Source of the DNA: Thermoanaerobaculia bacterium
GTDB lineage: Bacteria > Acidobacteriota > Thermoanaerobaculia > UBA5066
Length of the DNA: 64,000 nt
Reading direction: 5' to 3'
Assembly: GCA_963719225.1 (NCBI GenBank)
Contig: CAVRAY010000001.1
Span: 1,952,001 to 2,016,000, forward strand
Part shown: in pieces, positions 40,107 to 49,497 of the stretch
Layout of the letters: the number at the start of each line of letters is the position of its first letter
Position numbering within the stretch: position 1 is the stretch's first letter
The notes under the pieces: generated by a model
Told to the model about the DNA's origin: nothing
The model's input: the letters and a program-made list of their open reading frames with translations, nothing else
Databases searched by the model: none
Made by a program: the position numbers and the translations under genes

Positions 40107-41807
40107 CTATTCCTTCTTCAGCTCGATGGGAGAAAGGACGTAGACATCGCCTTCCTTGAGGTCCACGGACCGTGCCTCGGTCCTGTAGCCCTTCAGGCTC
40201 AGAGTGATTTCGTGGGGACCGGCCCGCAGCGACTTCCGGACTGATGCCCCGGAGGATGCTCCGATGAGAACGCCGTCGATGCGGATCTCGGCACCCACGG
40301 GACGGGCGGTGATCGACACGATCGAACGCGGCGGAAACTTGCCCGTGATGGTCAGGGGGGCCGGATTCGCCGCGGAAATATCGAATTCCTGCTCAACCTT
40401 CGTGAACCCCGGGGCGTCGAACACGGCCACGTAGTGCCCGGGCTTGAGCGTGACGCGCGTCGCAGCCGGCAGGCTGGCCGGGTACTTTCTCCCGTTGATC
40501 GAGAGCTCTGCGTACATGTTCGACTTGAACGTGACGACGGCGGTCGTCGGGACTTCCTTCACCACGACCGTCGGCTCGGGTGGAGCCGTCGGTGTCGGCT
40601 CGGGCGGCGCCGTCGGGGCGGGAGCGGCTGTCGGGACGGGCACGGGCGTGGGCGCGGGTGGAGCCACGGTTCGTCGCTGCTGCACGACGAACCAGACGCC
40701 TCCCGCGACGGCCAGGAGAACCACGGCCGCCAGCAGGACCTTCAGCGCCGAGCCGCCCTCTTCACTTGCGCTGACGCGAACCCCCGCGCCGGTGTTCGTA
40801 TGGAGCCGCACGTCCCCGATGCCTCCGGCCGTGGGTCGCGCGGCTCCCGTTCCGAGCGGCGTATCGAGGACGCGTGACGCCCTTGCGCCGACGGGCGTCC
40901 GGGGCGACACGGAGGCCGAGACCGGAAAACCCGACGACGGGGTCGCGACTGTTTTCTCGGTGTCGCCGTCAGGCATCTGGAAAGCGGGACCCTCGGGCAC
41001 GGTCTGAAGAAGCGCCTGGCACTCGGCGCGCATCTCGGCGCACGAGGCGAAGCGTTTCGTGCGGTCCTTTTCGAGAGCCTTGAGGATCATGGCGTCGAGG
41101 CCCCGCGGCAGCGCCGGGTCGAGCGAGCTCGGCGGGGGCGGCGCCTCGTTCATGATCTTGTAGAGGACAGTCGAGATGTGGTCTCCACCGAAGGGCTTCT
41201 GGCCCGTCAGCATCTCGTAGGCGAGGACGCCGAGCGAAAAGATGTCGGTTCGCGGATCGAGGTCCTCTCCGCGGATCTGCTCCGGCGCGAGGTACGAAGC
41301 CGTGCCGAGCGTGATGCCGGTCTGCGTCAGAGTCGACTGGGAGACCATCGACTTCGCGATGCCGAAGTCCATGATCTTCACGGTTCCGTCCTCGAGAATG
41401 CGGATGTTCGAGGGCTTGATGTCGCGATGAATGATTCCGGTCGAGTGCGCGTAACCGAGCCCGTCGCAGACGTCGATGAGGATCTGAAGCTTGCGCCGGA
41501 GAGTGAGCGGCTCCTTCTTCTTGATCGCCTTGTCGAGGTCGTCGCCGGTGAGGAACTCCTGCACGATGTAGGGGGTGCCGTCTTCCGTCACGCCGAAGTC
41601 GTAGATCGTGGTGACGTTCCGGTGATGCAGATTTCCCGCGAACTCTGCCTCGCGGAAGAAACGTTTCTTGATCTCCTCTTCCTCGCTTTGGCAGGTCTTG
41701 ATCGCGACGGACCGCTTGATGAAGGGATCCCGGCCCTTGTAGACGGTTCCAAAACCGCCCACACCGATTTTCTCGACGATCTGGTACTTCCCGACCTGAG
41801 TCAGCAT
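40107..41807 (-). CDS. Ser/Thr kinase with TM helix and C-terminal PEGA domain(s)
   Basis: Start trimmed to MLTQVGKY; IGVGGFGTVY, HRDIKPSN, DFGIAK, YLAPEQ; PVGAEIRIDG...GPHEITLSLKGY. Confidence 0.92.
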   Translation of the reverse strand: MLTQVGKYQIVEKIGVGGFGTVYKGRDPFIKRSVAIKTCQSEEEEIKKRFFREAEFAGNLHHRNVTTIYDFGVTEDGTPYIVQEFLTGDDLDKAIKKKEPLTLRRKLQILIDVCDGLGYAHSTGIIHRDIKPSNIRILEDGTVKIMDFGIAKSMVSQSTLTQTGITLGTASYLAPEQIRGEDLDPRTDIFSLGVLAYEMLTGQKPFGGDHISTVLYKIMNEAPPPPSSLDPALPRGLDAMILKALEKDRTKRFASCAEMRAECQALLQTVPEGPAFQMPDGDTEKTVATPSSGFPVSASVSPRTPVGARASRVLDTPLGTGAARPTAGGIGDVRLHTNTGAGVRVSASEEGGSALKVLLAAVVLLAVAGGVWFVVQQRRTVAPPAPTPVPVPTAAPAPTAPPEPTPTAPPEPTVVVKEVPTTAVVTFKSNMYAELSINGRKYPASLPAATRVTLKPGHYVAVFDAPGFTKVEQEFDISAANPAPLTITGKFPPRSIVSITARPVGAEIRIDGVLIGASSGASVRKSLRAGPHEITLSLKGYRTEARSVDLKEGDVYVLSPIELKKE

Positions 41808-41845
41808 GGAGTCAAAAAATCGTACCACGCGGCTATCATCCGGGC

Positions 41846-42496
41846 GTGCGGCGTCGCGTCCGGGAGCTCCTGACCGTTCTCGCGGCTGCGGGCGTCGGCT
41901 GCGGCTCACCCGACGCGAATCCGGCGGCGCCCTCGAGCGCGCCTGTCGCGCGCGCGGCCGAGGCGCGCGACGTCTATCGTCCTCCGGCCGACGGGCGCGT
42001 CACGACAGTCCAGGTGGAGATATTCCTGTCCGTTCTCGACCGCGTCCGCCTCGACCGGAGAGGGGAGAAACCCACCCCCGCCGGCGATCCTCTGTCGAGC
42101 GTTCCCGCCGACGTCGCCGCGGCCCGTGCTCGAGGCGTGAACGTCGAGGAGTTCCTCTGGGTCAAGGAGAGGGTGCTCGAAGCCGAGGCGGCGACCATGA
42201 CCGCCCGGCTCAACGCATCGGCTCTCGCGATGCTAGACAAGACGCTGGCCGACCTGAAGGCCCGGAGGTCGGACGCGGCGGACGAGGGGTCGCGAAAGCT
42301 CCTCGCAGAGCAGACGGCGCAGTTCGAGGCTGAAGCCGAACGGGTGCGCCGGGAGTCGAAGGTGCGCGAGAACGATGCCGTGCGCGCGAACATGAAGACT
42401 CTCGAGCCGTACCGCATGCGCCTCGCGGCGGCGCAGGACGCGCTCGAAAAGCCGCTTCTCAAGGAAGCGGAGAAGAAGAGCACCAAAGATTCTTAG
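41846..42496 (+). CDS. Putative lipoprotein, helical
   Basis: MRRRVRELLTVLAAAGVGC lipobox-like N-terminus; coiled-coil C-terminus. Confidence 0.65.
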   Translation: MRRRVRELLTVLAAAGVGCGSPDANPAAPSSAPVARAAEARDVYRPPADGRVTTVQVEIFLSVLDRVRLDRRGEKPTPAGDPLSSVPADVAAARARGVNVEEFLWVKERVLEAEAATMTARLNASALAMLDKTLADLKARRSDAADEGSRKLLAEQTAQFEAEAERVRRESKVRENDAVRANMKTLEPYRMRLAAAQDALEKPLLKEAEKKSTKDS

Positions 42497-42497
42497 A

Positions 42498-43367
42498 ATG
42501 GAGATACGGAGAGTCGGAATCCTGGGCGCGGGGCTGATGGGGTCGGGCATCGCGGAGGTGTGCGCGAAGGCGGGCTACGAAGTCGTCGTCCGTGAACCCA
42601 CGGACGAGCTGCTCGCGAAAGGGCGCAACCGCGTCACGCAATCCCTTTCTAAGGCAAGGCAGCGAGGCAAGCTGCGAGAAGAAGATGAATCCGCGATCCT
42701 CTCGCGGCTGCTCTTCTCCTCTTCACTCGAAGAAATCTCTTCTTCGGATCTCATCCTCGAGGCGATCGTCGAGAGCCTCCAGGCCAAGAAAGAGGCCTTC
42801 GAAGCACTCGACAAGTCGTGCGCGCCGCACGCGATCTTCTGCTCGAACACGTCGTCGCTGACGATCGCCGAGATTGCGGCGGCGACCGCGCGGCCGGATC
42901 GCTTCGCCGGATTGCACTTCTTCAACCCCGTCCCCGTGATGAAGCTCGTGGAGGTCGTGCGGGCGATCGGGACTTCCGACGAGACTCTCGCGCGCGTGAC
43001 GGCGTTCGCTCGAACCCTCGGCAAGGAGCCCATCGCGGCGCGCGACAACTCGGGATTCGTCGTCAACCGGCTGCTCGTGCCCTACCTTCTCGACGCGATC
43101 CGCGCGCACGAGCAGGGCGTGGGCACGCTCGAGGACGTCGATACCGGCATGAAGCTGGGCTGCGCGCAGCCCATGGGACCGTTCGAGCTTCTCGATTACG
43201 TCGGGCTCGACACCGTGTATGCGATCGCGGAGATCATGTTCACCGAGTATCGCGAGGCTCGCTTCGCGCCGCCGCCGCTGCTCAAGAGGATGGTGATGGC
43301 CGGGCGTTTTGGCAGGAAGTCGGGAAGGGGATTCTATGAATACGACGAGAAGGGGAACCGAAGATGA
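42498..43367 (+). CDS. 3-hydroxybutyryl/3-hydroxyacyl-CoA dehydrogenase
   Basis: GAGLMGSGIA, EAIVE, SNTSS, GLHFFNPVPVMKLVE, GFVVNR, PMGPF. Confidence 0.95.
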   Translation: MEIRRVGILGAGLMGSGIAEVCAKAGYEVVVREPTDELLAKGRNRVTQSLSKARQRGKLREEDESAILSRLLFSSSLEEISSSDLILEAIVESLQAKKEAFEALDKSCAPHAIFCSNTSSLTIAEIAAATARPDRFAGLHFFNPVPVMKLVEVVRAIGTSDETLARVTAFARTLGKEPIAARDNSGFVVNRLLVPYLLDAIRAHEQGVGTLEDVDTGMKLGCAQPMGPFELLDYVGLDTVYAIAEIMFTEYREARFAPPPLLKRMVMAGRFGRKSGRGFYEYDEKGNRR

Positions 43368-43867
43368 GGCTGATTGACCCCTCCATCATGGAGCTCGACC
43401 GGGAGGCGTCCTCGACTCGCAAGATGCTCGAGCGCGTGCCCGAGGGGAAGAACGAGTGGGCGCCGCATGCGAAATCGATGACCCTCGGAAGGCTGGCCAC
43501 GCACGTCGCGACGCTCCCGCGCTGGGCGGGCTTCCTGGTGGAGGACGCCTTCGATCTGGTCCTGAATTCGGTCGCCACTCCGACCCCGCCTCCCACGACG
43601 GCAGGCCTCGTGGCGCTCTTCGACAAGACGATCGCGGACGCCAAGAGCGTCCTCGCCGGATTCGACGACGGGCGCGCCATGGGAATGTGGACGCTCTCGA
43701 TGAAGGGAAAGACGATTTTCTCGATGCCGCGCCTTGCGGTCGTGCGGATGATGATCCTCAACCACTCCGTGCATCACCGCGGGCAGCTCTCCGTCTATCT
43801 CCGCCTCCTCGACGTCCCCGTGCCCGGCATGTACGGCCCGAGCGCGGACGAGAATCCGTTCGTCTGA
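43364..43867 (+). CDS. DinB family protein
   Basis: KSMTLGRLATH, NHSVHHRGQLSVYLRLL, PGMYGPSADE. Confidence 0.9.
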   Translation: MRLIDPSIMELDREASSTRKMLERVPEGKNEWAPHAKSMTLGRLATHVATLPRWAGFLVEDAFDLVLNSVATPTPPPTTAGLVALFDKTIADAKSVLAGFDDGRAMGMWTLSMKGKTIFSMPRLAVVRMMILNHSVHHRGQLSVYLRLLDVPVPGMYGPSADENPFV

Positions 43868-43881
43868 AAAGAGGTACCGAC

Positions 43882-44655
43882 ATGTCCGTCGTTCTCAGCG
43901 AAGTCTCGGACCGCATCCTCACGGTCACGATCAACCGGCCCGAAAAACTCAACGCCCTCAACGCGGAGGTGATGGAGGGGCTCGCCGCTGCTTTCGAGAG
44001 AGCGCGCGGCGACGACGTCGGCGGGGTGATCCTGACCGGGGCCGGTGAGAAAGCGTTCATCGCGGGCGCGGACGTCTCGACGTTCCCGGGGTTCACGCCG
44101 GTCTCGGCCCGCACGTTCGCGCGCCAGGGGCAGGCGTTCCTGGACTCGGTCGAAAACCTCGGCAAGCCGGTGATCGCGGCCGTCAACGGCTTCGCGCTCG
44201 GCGGCGGCTGCGAGGTCGCGCTCGCCTGTACCCTGCGCGTCGCGTCGAAGAACGCCCGGCTCGGGCAGCCGGAAGTCAACCTCGGCATCATTCCCGGTTA
44301 CGGCGGGAGCCAGCGGCTGCCGCGCCTCGTGGGGAAAGGCCGGGGGCTGGAGATGCTCCTGACCGGAGACATGGTTTCGGCGGACGAGGCGTGGCGCATC
44401 GGCCTCGTGAACCGGGTCGTCGAGCCTGCCGAGCTGCTCCCGGCGTGCCGGGAAATCCTGAGGAAGATTCTCGCGAAGGCACCGGTCGCGATCCGCTGCG
44501 TCCTCGACGCCGTGAACGCGGGCCTCGAGATGCCGTTCGCCGCCGCCGAGGACCACGAGGGAAGCCTTTTCGCGCTGTGCTTCGCCACGGAGGACATGAA
44601 AGAAGGCGTGTCCGCCTTCCTCGAGAAGCGGCCGGCGAAGTTCACCGGCCGCTGA
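43882..44655 (+). CDS. Enoyl-CoA hydratase (crotonase)
   Basis: Start MSVVLSE after GAGG; NRPEKLNAL, AFIAGAD, ALGGGCE, GQPEVNLG. Confidence 0.95.
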   Translation: MSVVLSEVSDRILTVTINRPEKLNALNAEVMEGLAAAFERARGDDVGGVILTGAGEKAFIAGADVSTFPGFTPVSARTFARQGQAFLDSVENLGKPVIAAVNGFALGGGCEVALACTLRVASKNARLGQPEVNLGIIPGYGGSQRLPRLVGKGRGLEMLLTGDMVSADEAWRIGLVNRVVEPAELLPACREILRKILAKAPVAIRCVLDAVNAGLEMPFAAAEDHEGSLFALCFATEDMKEGVSAFLEKRPAKFTGR

Positions 44656-44670
44656 AGAGCTCCGGCGCTT

Positions 44671-46074
44671 CTACGGCTGGCCGGCGGGCGGCTGATACGG
44701 CTTGAGCTGGTCGTCGATCAGCTTGCGATCTCCGACGACGACGAGGGTCGTCTGCTCGGGCCGGATGTACGCCTTCGCGAGCCGCGTGACCTCCTGGGGC
44801 GTGACGGCCTGGACGCGCGTCACGAAGCCGGAGAGGTACGAGTCCGGCAAGCCGTGGAGCGCGAGGAACTGAAGCTGGTTCGCGATGCCGTTGCGCGAGG
44901 AGTTCTGGAGGACGAACGTTCCCGCGAGGTAGTTCTGGATGCCCTTGAGCTCGGAGGCAGAAGGGGGCTCCGCGCGGAGGCGGTCGATCTCCCCGAAGAT
45001 TTCCTTGATCGACGCGCCCGTGACGTTCGTCGTGACGTCCGCCGTCTCCGCCCAGTACGCGCCCTGACGGCGCACCGAGACCTGGCTGAAGGGCGAATAC
45101 GTATAGCCCTTCTGCTCCCGGATGTTGCTCGTGATGCGCGACCCGAAGGAGCCGCCGAGGAGCGCGTTCGTGACGACGAGCGGGACGTAGTCGGCGTTCG
45201 AAGGATCGACGACCGGCATCCCGAGGACGACCGTGGATTGGGAGGCGCCCGGACGATCCAGGACCGTGAGCGTGCGCTTCGGGGACGGCTTCGGGGTCGC
45301 AGCCGCCGGGGCCGACGCTTTGCCCCAGCCGTCGAACGCCTTTCGGATCGCCGCCTCCGTCGCCTTCGCGTCGAAGACGCCGACGACGTAGAGAGTGGAG
45401 CGGTCCGCTCCGAAGTGCCCGGACCAGAAGCTCTTTGCGTTCGCGAGCGTGTAGCCCTGCAACGCCTCGGCGGCGGGGTAAAGCCGGCCGTACGGCTGGC
45501 CGGGATACATCGCGGCGCGGAAGGCCTCGGCGGCCATCTGCTGGGACTGGCTCTTCGCGATCGAGAGACGGCGCCCGAGGTTCGCCTTGAGGCGCGCCAG
45601 CTCGCTCTCCGGGAACGTCGGGTTGCGGGCGACGTCGGCCACCAGGCCGACCATCGCCGGGGTGAACTCGGACAGCACCTCGCCGCCGACGGTCGTCAGG
45701 TTCTCGGCGACCTGCACGGCGACTTCGCCGCCCATCGCGGCCGCGTCCTGCGCGATCTTGCTCGCGCTGCGGGTCTTCGTGCCCTCGAGAAGCAGGTCGC
45801 CCGTGAGGTCGGCCATCCAGACCTGTCCGGCGGCCTCGTCCGCGTTTCCGGCCTGGACGGTGAGCCGCACGAGAGCCTTGGGGATCGTGCCGTAGGACAC
45901 GAGCGAGACCTTCATTCCGCTTGGAAGCGTGAACCGGGTGGGCGCCGGGAGCTTGAACGGCCGGGCCGCCTCGGGCTCCGGCGGCTTTTCCCGCTCCTGG
46001 GAGCGGGCGGGTGAGGGCTGCAGGGCGAGAAGGGCCGAGGCGGCCAGAAGCGGGAGAGTGCGTCGGAGCGTCAT
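44671..46074 (-). CDS. M16 peptidase, non-catalytic subunit
   Basis: Start MTLRRTLP with signal peptide; LGGSFGSRI..NIREQKGYTY; no HxxEH. Confidence 0.9.
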   Translation of the reverse strand: MTLRRTLPLLAASALLALQPSPARSQEREKPPEPEAARPFKLPAPTRFTLPSGMKVSLVSYGTIPKALVRLTVQAGNADEAAGQVWMADLTGDLLLEGTKTRSASKIAQDAAAMGGEVAVQVAENLTTVGGEVLSEFTPAMVGLVADVARNPTFPESELARLKANLGRRLSIAKSQSQQMAAEAFRAAMYPGQPYGRLYPAAEALQGYTLANAKSFWSGHFGADRSTLYVVGVFDAKATEAAIRKAFDGWGKASAPAAATPKPSPKRTLTVLDRPGASQSTVVLGMPVVDPSNADYVPLVVTNALLGGSFGSRITSNIREQKGYTYSPFSQVSVRRQGAYWAETADVTTNVTGASIKEIFGEIDRLRAEPPSASELKGIQNYLAGTFVLQNSSRNGIANQLQFLALHGLPDSYLSGFVTRVQAVTPQEVTRLAKAYIRPEQTTLVVVGDRKLIDDQLKPYQPPAGQP

Positions 46075-46085
46075 GTCATCCTTCC

Positions 46086-47483
46086 TCAGAGCTTCTGGCC
46101 GGGAACCTTGGGGGCCTCCGGCTTCGGCTCGATCGCGAGGATCGTGCGGTTCGTCGGGCGGAGGTATTCCTCCGCGGTCTTTCGGATCAGCTCGGGCGTG
46201 ACCTTCGCGAATTCCTTCTCGAGGCCGTTGATCCGCGCCGGGTCGTCGTCGAACAGGGCGAAGGACGCGAGGAGGTCGGCGCGGCCGAAGCCGAAGAGGC
46301 TTTCCTGCACCGCATAGAGGTCGGAGCGCATCTTGACCATGGCGCGGTCGAGGGTCGCCTTGTCGACCGGCGTCGTCCGGAGCTTCTCGATCTCGGCGTC
46401 GAGCACCTTGAGGATCGCCTCCGGGGTCTTGTCGCGGTCGTGGAAGAGCGAAACCGTGAAGAGCGTGGGGCCGGCGATGTTGAACTGGTTGCCGAGCCCG
46501 TTGATCGACGAATTCACCTCGCCCGTCAACGCGGCCTTGCGGACGAGCGCTTCGTAAAGCCGGCTGTCGTTGCCGCCCGCGAGGATCTGCTCGAGGACGC
46601 CCAGCGCGTAGTACTCGGGAGTGTTGCGCTTCGGTGCATGGTACGCGACAGCGAGGGCGGGGCGGGGCGCCTGCGCGTCCTGCTTGGAGGTCTTCTTCTC
46701 TTTCTCTTGGCGCGGCTCGGAGATGTCGGGGATCTCCTGATGCGGCGCCGAGGGGATGGGTCCGAAGTACTCCTGGATCCACTTGAAGGCCGCCTCCGTC
46801 TCGAAGTCGCCCGTCACGACGAGCGCGGCGTTCCCCGGCGAGTAGAACGACTTGAAGAACGCCTCGGCGTCCTTCAGCGTCGCCGCGTCGAGGTCCTTGA
46901 GGTCGCCGTAGAAGTTGTGGGCGTTGTACCAGTTCTCGTTCGCGACCTGCGGCATGTCGAGCCAGGGGAACCCGCCGTAGGGGCGGTTCAGGACGTTGAC
47001 CTTGACCTCGTTCTTGACGACGCCCTGCTGGTTCGCGAGGTTCTCCTGGGTGATCGCGAGGCCGCGCATCCGGTCGGCCTCGGCCCACAGGGCGGTCTTG
47101 AGCACGTTCGCGGGCACGACCTCGAAGTAATTCGTGAAGTCGAAGCGCGTCGAGCCGTTCAGGATGCCGCCGTTGGACTGGACGAGCTTGATGAACTCCA
47201 TCTTCCCGAGGTTCTTCGAGCCCTGGAACATGAGGTGCTCGAAGAGGTGGGCGAAGCCGGTCCGGTCCCGGGGCTCGATGCGGAACCCGATGTTGTAGTA
47301 CACGGCCACGACCACGGTGGGCGAGGTGTGGTCGGGCGAGAGGACCACCTTCAGCCCGTTCGGGAGCTTCCGGTAGTCGACGGGAATCGGGGCGCGGCCG
47401 GGGGCGGAAGGCCCCGTGGCGGGTGCGACCGGCCCGATAGCCGCCGCGAGGGCGAGTGCGGCAAGGGCGAGGCGTGGCTTCAT
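46086..47483 (-). CDS. M16 peptidase, catalytic subunit
   Basis: Start MKPRLALA after GGAGG; GFAHLFEHLMFQGS, NGST..D.TNY. Confidence 0.93.
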   Translation of the reverse strand: MKPRLALAALALAAAIGPVAPATGPSAPGRAPIPVDYRKLPNGLKVVLSPDHTSPTVVVAVYYNIGFRIEPRDRTGFAHLFEHLMFQGSKNLGKMEFIKLVQSNGGILNGSTRFDFTNYFEVVPANVLKTALWAEADRMRGLAITQENLANQQGVVKNEVKVNVLNRPYGGFPWLDMPQVANENWYNAHNFYGDLKDLDAATLKDAEAFFKSFYSPGNAALVVTGDFETEAAFKWIQEYFGPIPSAPHQEIPDISEPRQEKEKKTSKQDAQAPRPALAVAYHAPKRNTPEYYALGVLEQILAGGNDSRLYEALVRKAALTGEVNSSINGLGNQFNIAGPTLFTVSLFHDRDKTPEAILKVLDAEIEKLRTTPVDKATLDRAMVKMRSDLYAVQESLFGFGRADLLASFALFDDDPARINGLEKEFAKVTPELIRKTAEEYLRPTNRTILAIEPKPEAPKVPGQKL

Positions 47484-47536
47484 CGTTCCTCCGATCAAGG
47501 TCATTGGGGAAGATACGCAGTCCCGGGCAGGAGGTT

Positions 47537-48049
47537 TCAGGAGCGCTGGAAACCGAGCGCGTCGAGCCCGGCTGCGAGCTTCTTCCGGGCGAGGTGGAGC
47601 CGGGACCAGACGGTGCCTTCCGGAATGCCGAGAATCTCGGCGATCTCGCGATGGGTGAGGCCGTCGAGAGAGAAGAGGGCGAGGACGGTCCGGTGCTCGG
47701 CCGTCAGCCTCGCCAGGCACTCACGAACTTGCCGCGAGCGCTCGCGGACGAGGGCGGGGTCGCGGACGTCGACCGCCGGGTCGCCGTCGAGGGCCTCCGT
47801 GCGAGGCCGGCGCGCTCGGACCCGAAAAGCGCACCGGACGGCGATCCGATAGATCCACGTCGAGACCGCGCAATCTCCCCGAAACCCGGGGAGCCCGCGA
47901 TATACGGCAAGGAAAGTCTCCTGGGTGGCGTCCTCGGCGTCCGCATGGTTTCCGGTGAGATGCAGCGACAGCCCGAACACGCGGCTCCGAAGCGCCGAGA
48001 AGATCTCGTCGAAGGGGGGCGGGTCAGAAGAGATGGGGGAAGTCGTCAA
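47537..48049 (-). CDS. ECF RNA polymerase sigma factor
   Basis: DAEDATQETF, STWIYRIA, EIAEILGIPEGTVWSRLHLAR. Confidence 0.92.
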   Translation of the reverse strand: MTTSPISSDPPPFDEIFSALRSRVFGLSLHLTGNHADAEDATQETFLAVYRGLPGFRGDCAVSTWIYRIAVRCAFRVRARRPRTEALDGDPAVDVRDPALVRERSRQVRECLARLTAEHRTVLALFSLDGLTHREIAEILGIPEGTVWSRLHLARKKLAAGLDALGFQRS

Positions 48050-48728
48050 AGAAGGGGAGATCCTGCTCCTCCCGTTCGAGCCGCGGCACGACGACGAAGC
48101 GTTCCCACACGAGACCTCCGATCACCGCCGCGCTGAAGATCTTCGCGACGATCCCTTCGAAGCCGGAGGCGTTTTCGACGAACCCGAGCAGAATAGAGAG
48201 GCAGAGCGTCGGGGCACCCCATATGAGGATGCGACCCGATCGGATCCGTCGGGCGAGGTCCTGCCGGTAGAAGTGGGTCAGGTATCGGGGCGACGTCGCT
48301 TTGCGGACGTCCCTCCACTGGGTCCACACATGCCACACGATGAAGCCGATCACGGCGGCATTGAAGAGGACTTCGACCGGGAACGCTGTGATCCCAGGAG
48401 CGCCGCTGGATGGTCGCGCGATCCGGTCGAGCCAGTGTTTCAGGGAACCGGCGAGAACGAGCGCGCCGACGGCGATCACGGCCAGCAGGCTCTGCGAGCG
48501 CCAGCCTCGCACGCGGGCTCGGAGCGCGCTCCAATCCACGTCTTTTTCCTCTTCGATCGCCGCGTCTCTCAAGGTGCGATCGATGGTCCGGGCTCGGGAT
48601 TCGAATTCGCGGCAGGATGGGCACGACGCGAGGTGGGCATCCAGGTCGGCGCCGGCCTCCGGCCCCAGCTCCCCGTGAAGGCGCATCTCGATGGCCAGTT
48701 CGAAGCGGTCACAGGGAACTTCGCTCAC
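48024..48728 (-). CDS. Zinc-finger (ZAS) anti-sigma factor with several TM helices
   Basis: C...LDAHLASCPSC (HxxxCxxC) followed by about 4 hydrophobic segments. Confidence 0.82.
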   Translation of the reverse strand: MSEVPCDRFELAIEMRLHGELGPEAGADLDAHLASCPSCREFESRARTIDRTLRDAAIEEEKDVDWSALRARVRGWRSQSLLAVIAVGALVLAGSLKHWLDRIARPSSGAPGITAFPVEVLFNAAVIGFIVWHVWTQWRDVRKATSPRYLTHFYRQDLARRIRSGRILIWGAPTLCLSILLGFVENASGFEGIVAKIFSAAVIGGLVWERFVVVPRLEREEQDLPFFDDFPHLF

Positions 48729-48803
48729 GGCCCTCCACCTCCTGTTCTTTCGTACCCCTCTCGCGCGGTTTCCTTCACCGCCAGCGAGGAAAATGACCTG
48801 GAA

Positions 48804-49487
48804 TCAGGGGTTGGCAGCCGGGACGGCCGCGAGATCCCGAAGGAATGCGAGGGTCGAGTCGTCATCCCATCGAGCGGCGCCGGTGTGGCGGAAGACGATC
48901 CGGCCGTCCGGCGCGAGGATGAACGTGGCCGGAATGCCTTCGGACTGGTAGGCCGTGGGGCGGCTCCTCGTGGCGCGGTAGAAGGGCATCGTGAGGGAGT
49001 TCGTCTTCAGGTACTCGGCGATCTTCTCGGGCCTCTCTTCGGACACGAGCAGAAAAACGACGCCGAGATCCCGGGTCTTGTCGTAGAGCCGCTGGATTGC
49101 CGGCATCTCCTTCCGGCAAGGCCCGCACCACGTCGCCCAGTAATTGAGGAACACGACCTTGCCGTGGGCGGAGGACGTGTCGAAAGGCGTCCCGTCCGGG
49201 CTCTCGAGTCCGAGTCCGTAGTCGGAAGAGACGGCGGCTGCGGCAGGAAAGGGCGGTGCCGAAAGGCCCCCTACCGGCGTGGAACCCGGGTTGGTCCGTC
49301 CCATCACTTTCATCATCCACAGGCCGATAACCAGTGACCCCCCGACGAGGAGAACGAAGGAAGCGAGGATGCCGAACCCGAAGCCGGTCCAGAACTGCGG
49401 GCCGATGAATCGGGGCTTCGGCGGCGGAGGAGGGCCTGCAGGATTCACGGGCGTCGGGTCGGGTTGCGGCGGCGGGTCCTCGTTCAT
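48804..49487 (-). CDS. TlpA/ResA-like thiol-disulfide oxidoreductase
   Basis: TM anchor; GKVVFLNYWATWCGPCRKEMP, GIPATF. Confidence 0.92.
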   Translation of the reverse strand: MNEDPPPQPDPTPVNPAGPPPPPKPRFIGPQFWTGFGFGILASFVLLVGGSLVIGLWMMKVMGRTNPGSTPVGGLSAPPFPAAAAVSSDYGLGLESPDGTPFDTSSAHGKVVFLNYWATWCGPCRKEMPAIQRLYDKTRDLGVVFLLVSEERPEKIAEYLKTNSLTMPFYRATRSRPTAYQSEGIPATFILAPDGRIVFRHTGAARWDDDSTLAFLRDLAAVPAANP

Positions 49488-49497
49488 CGCAAGAAGC

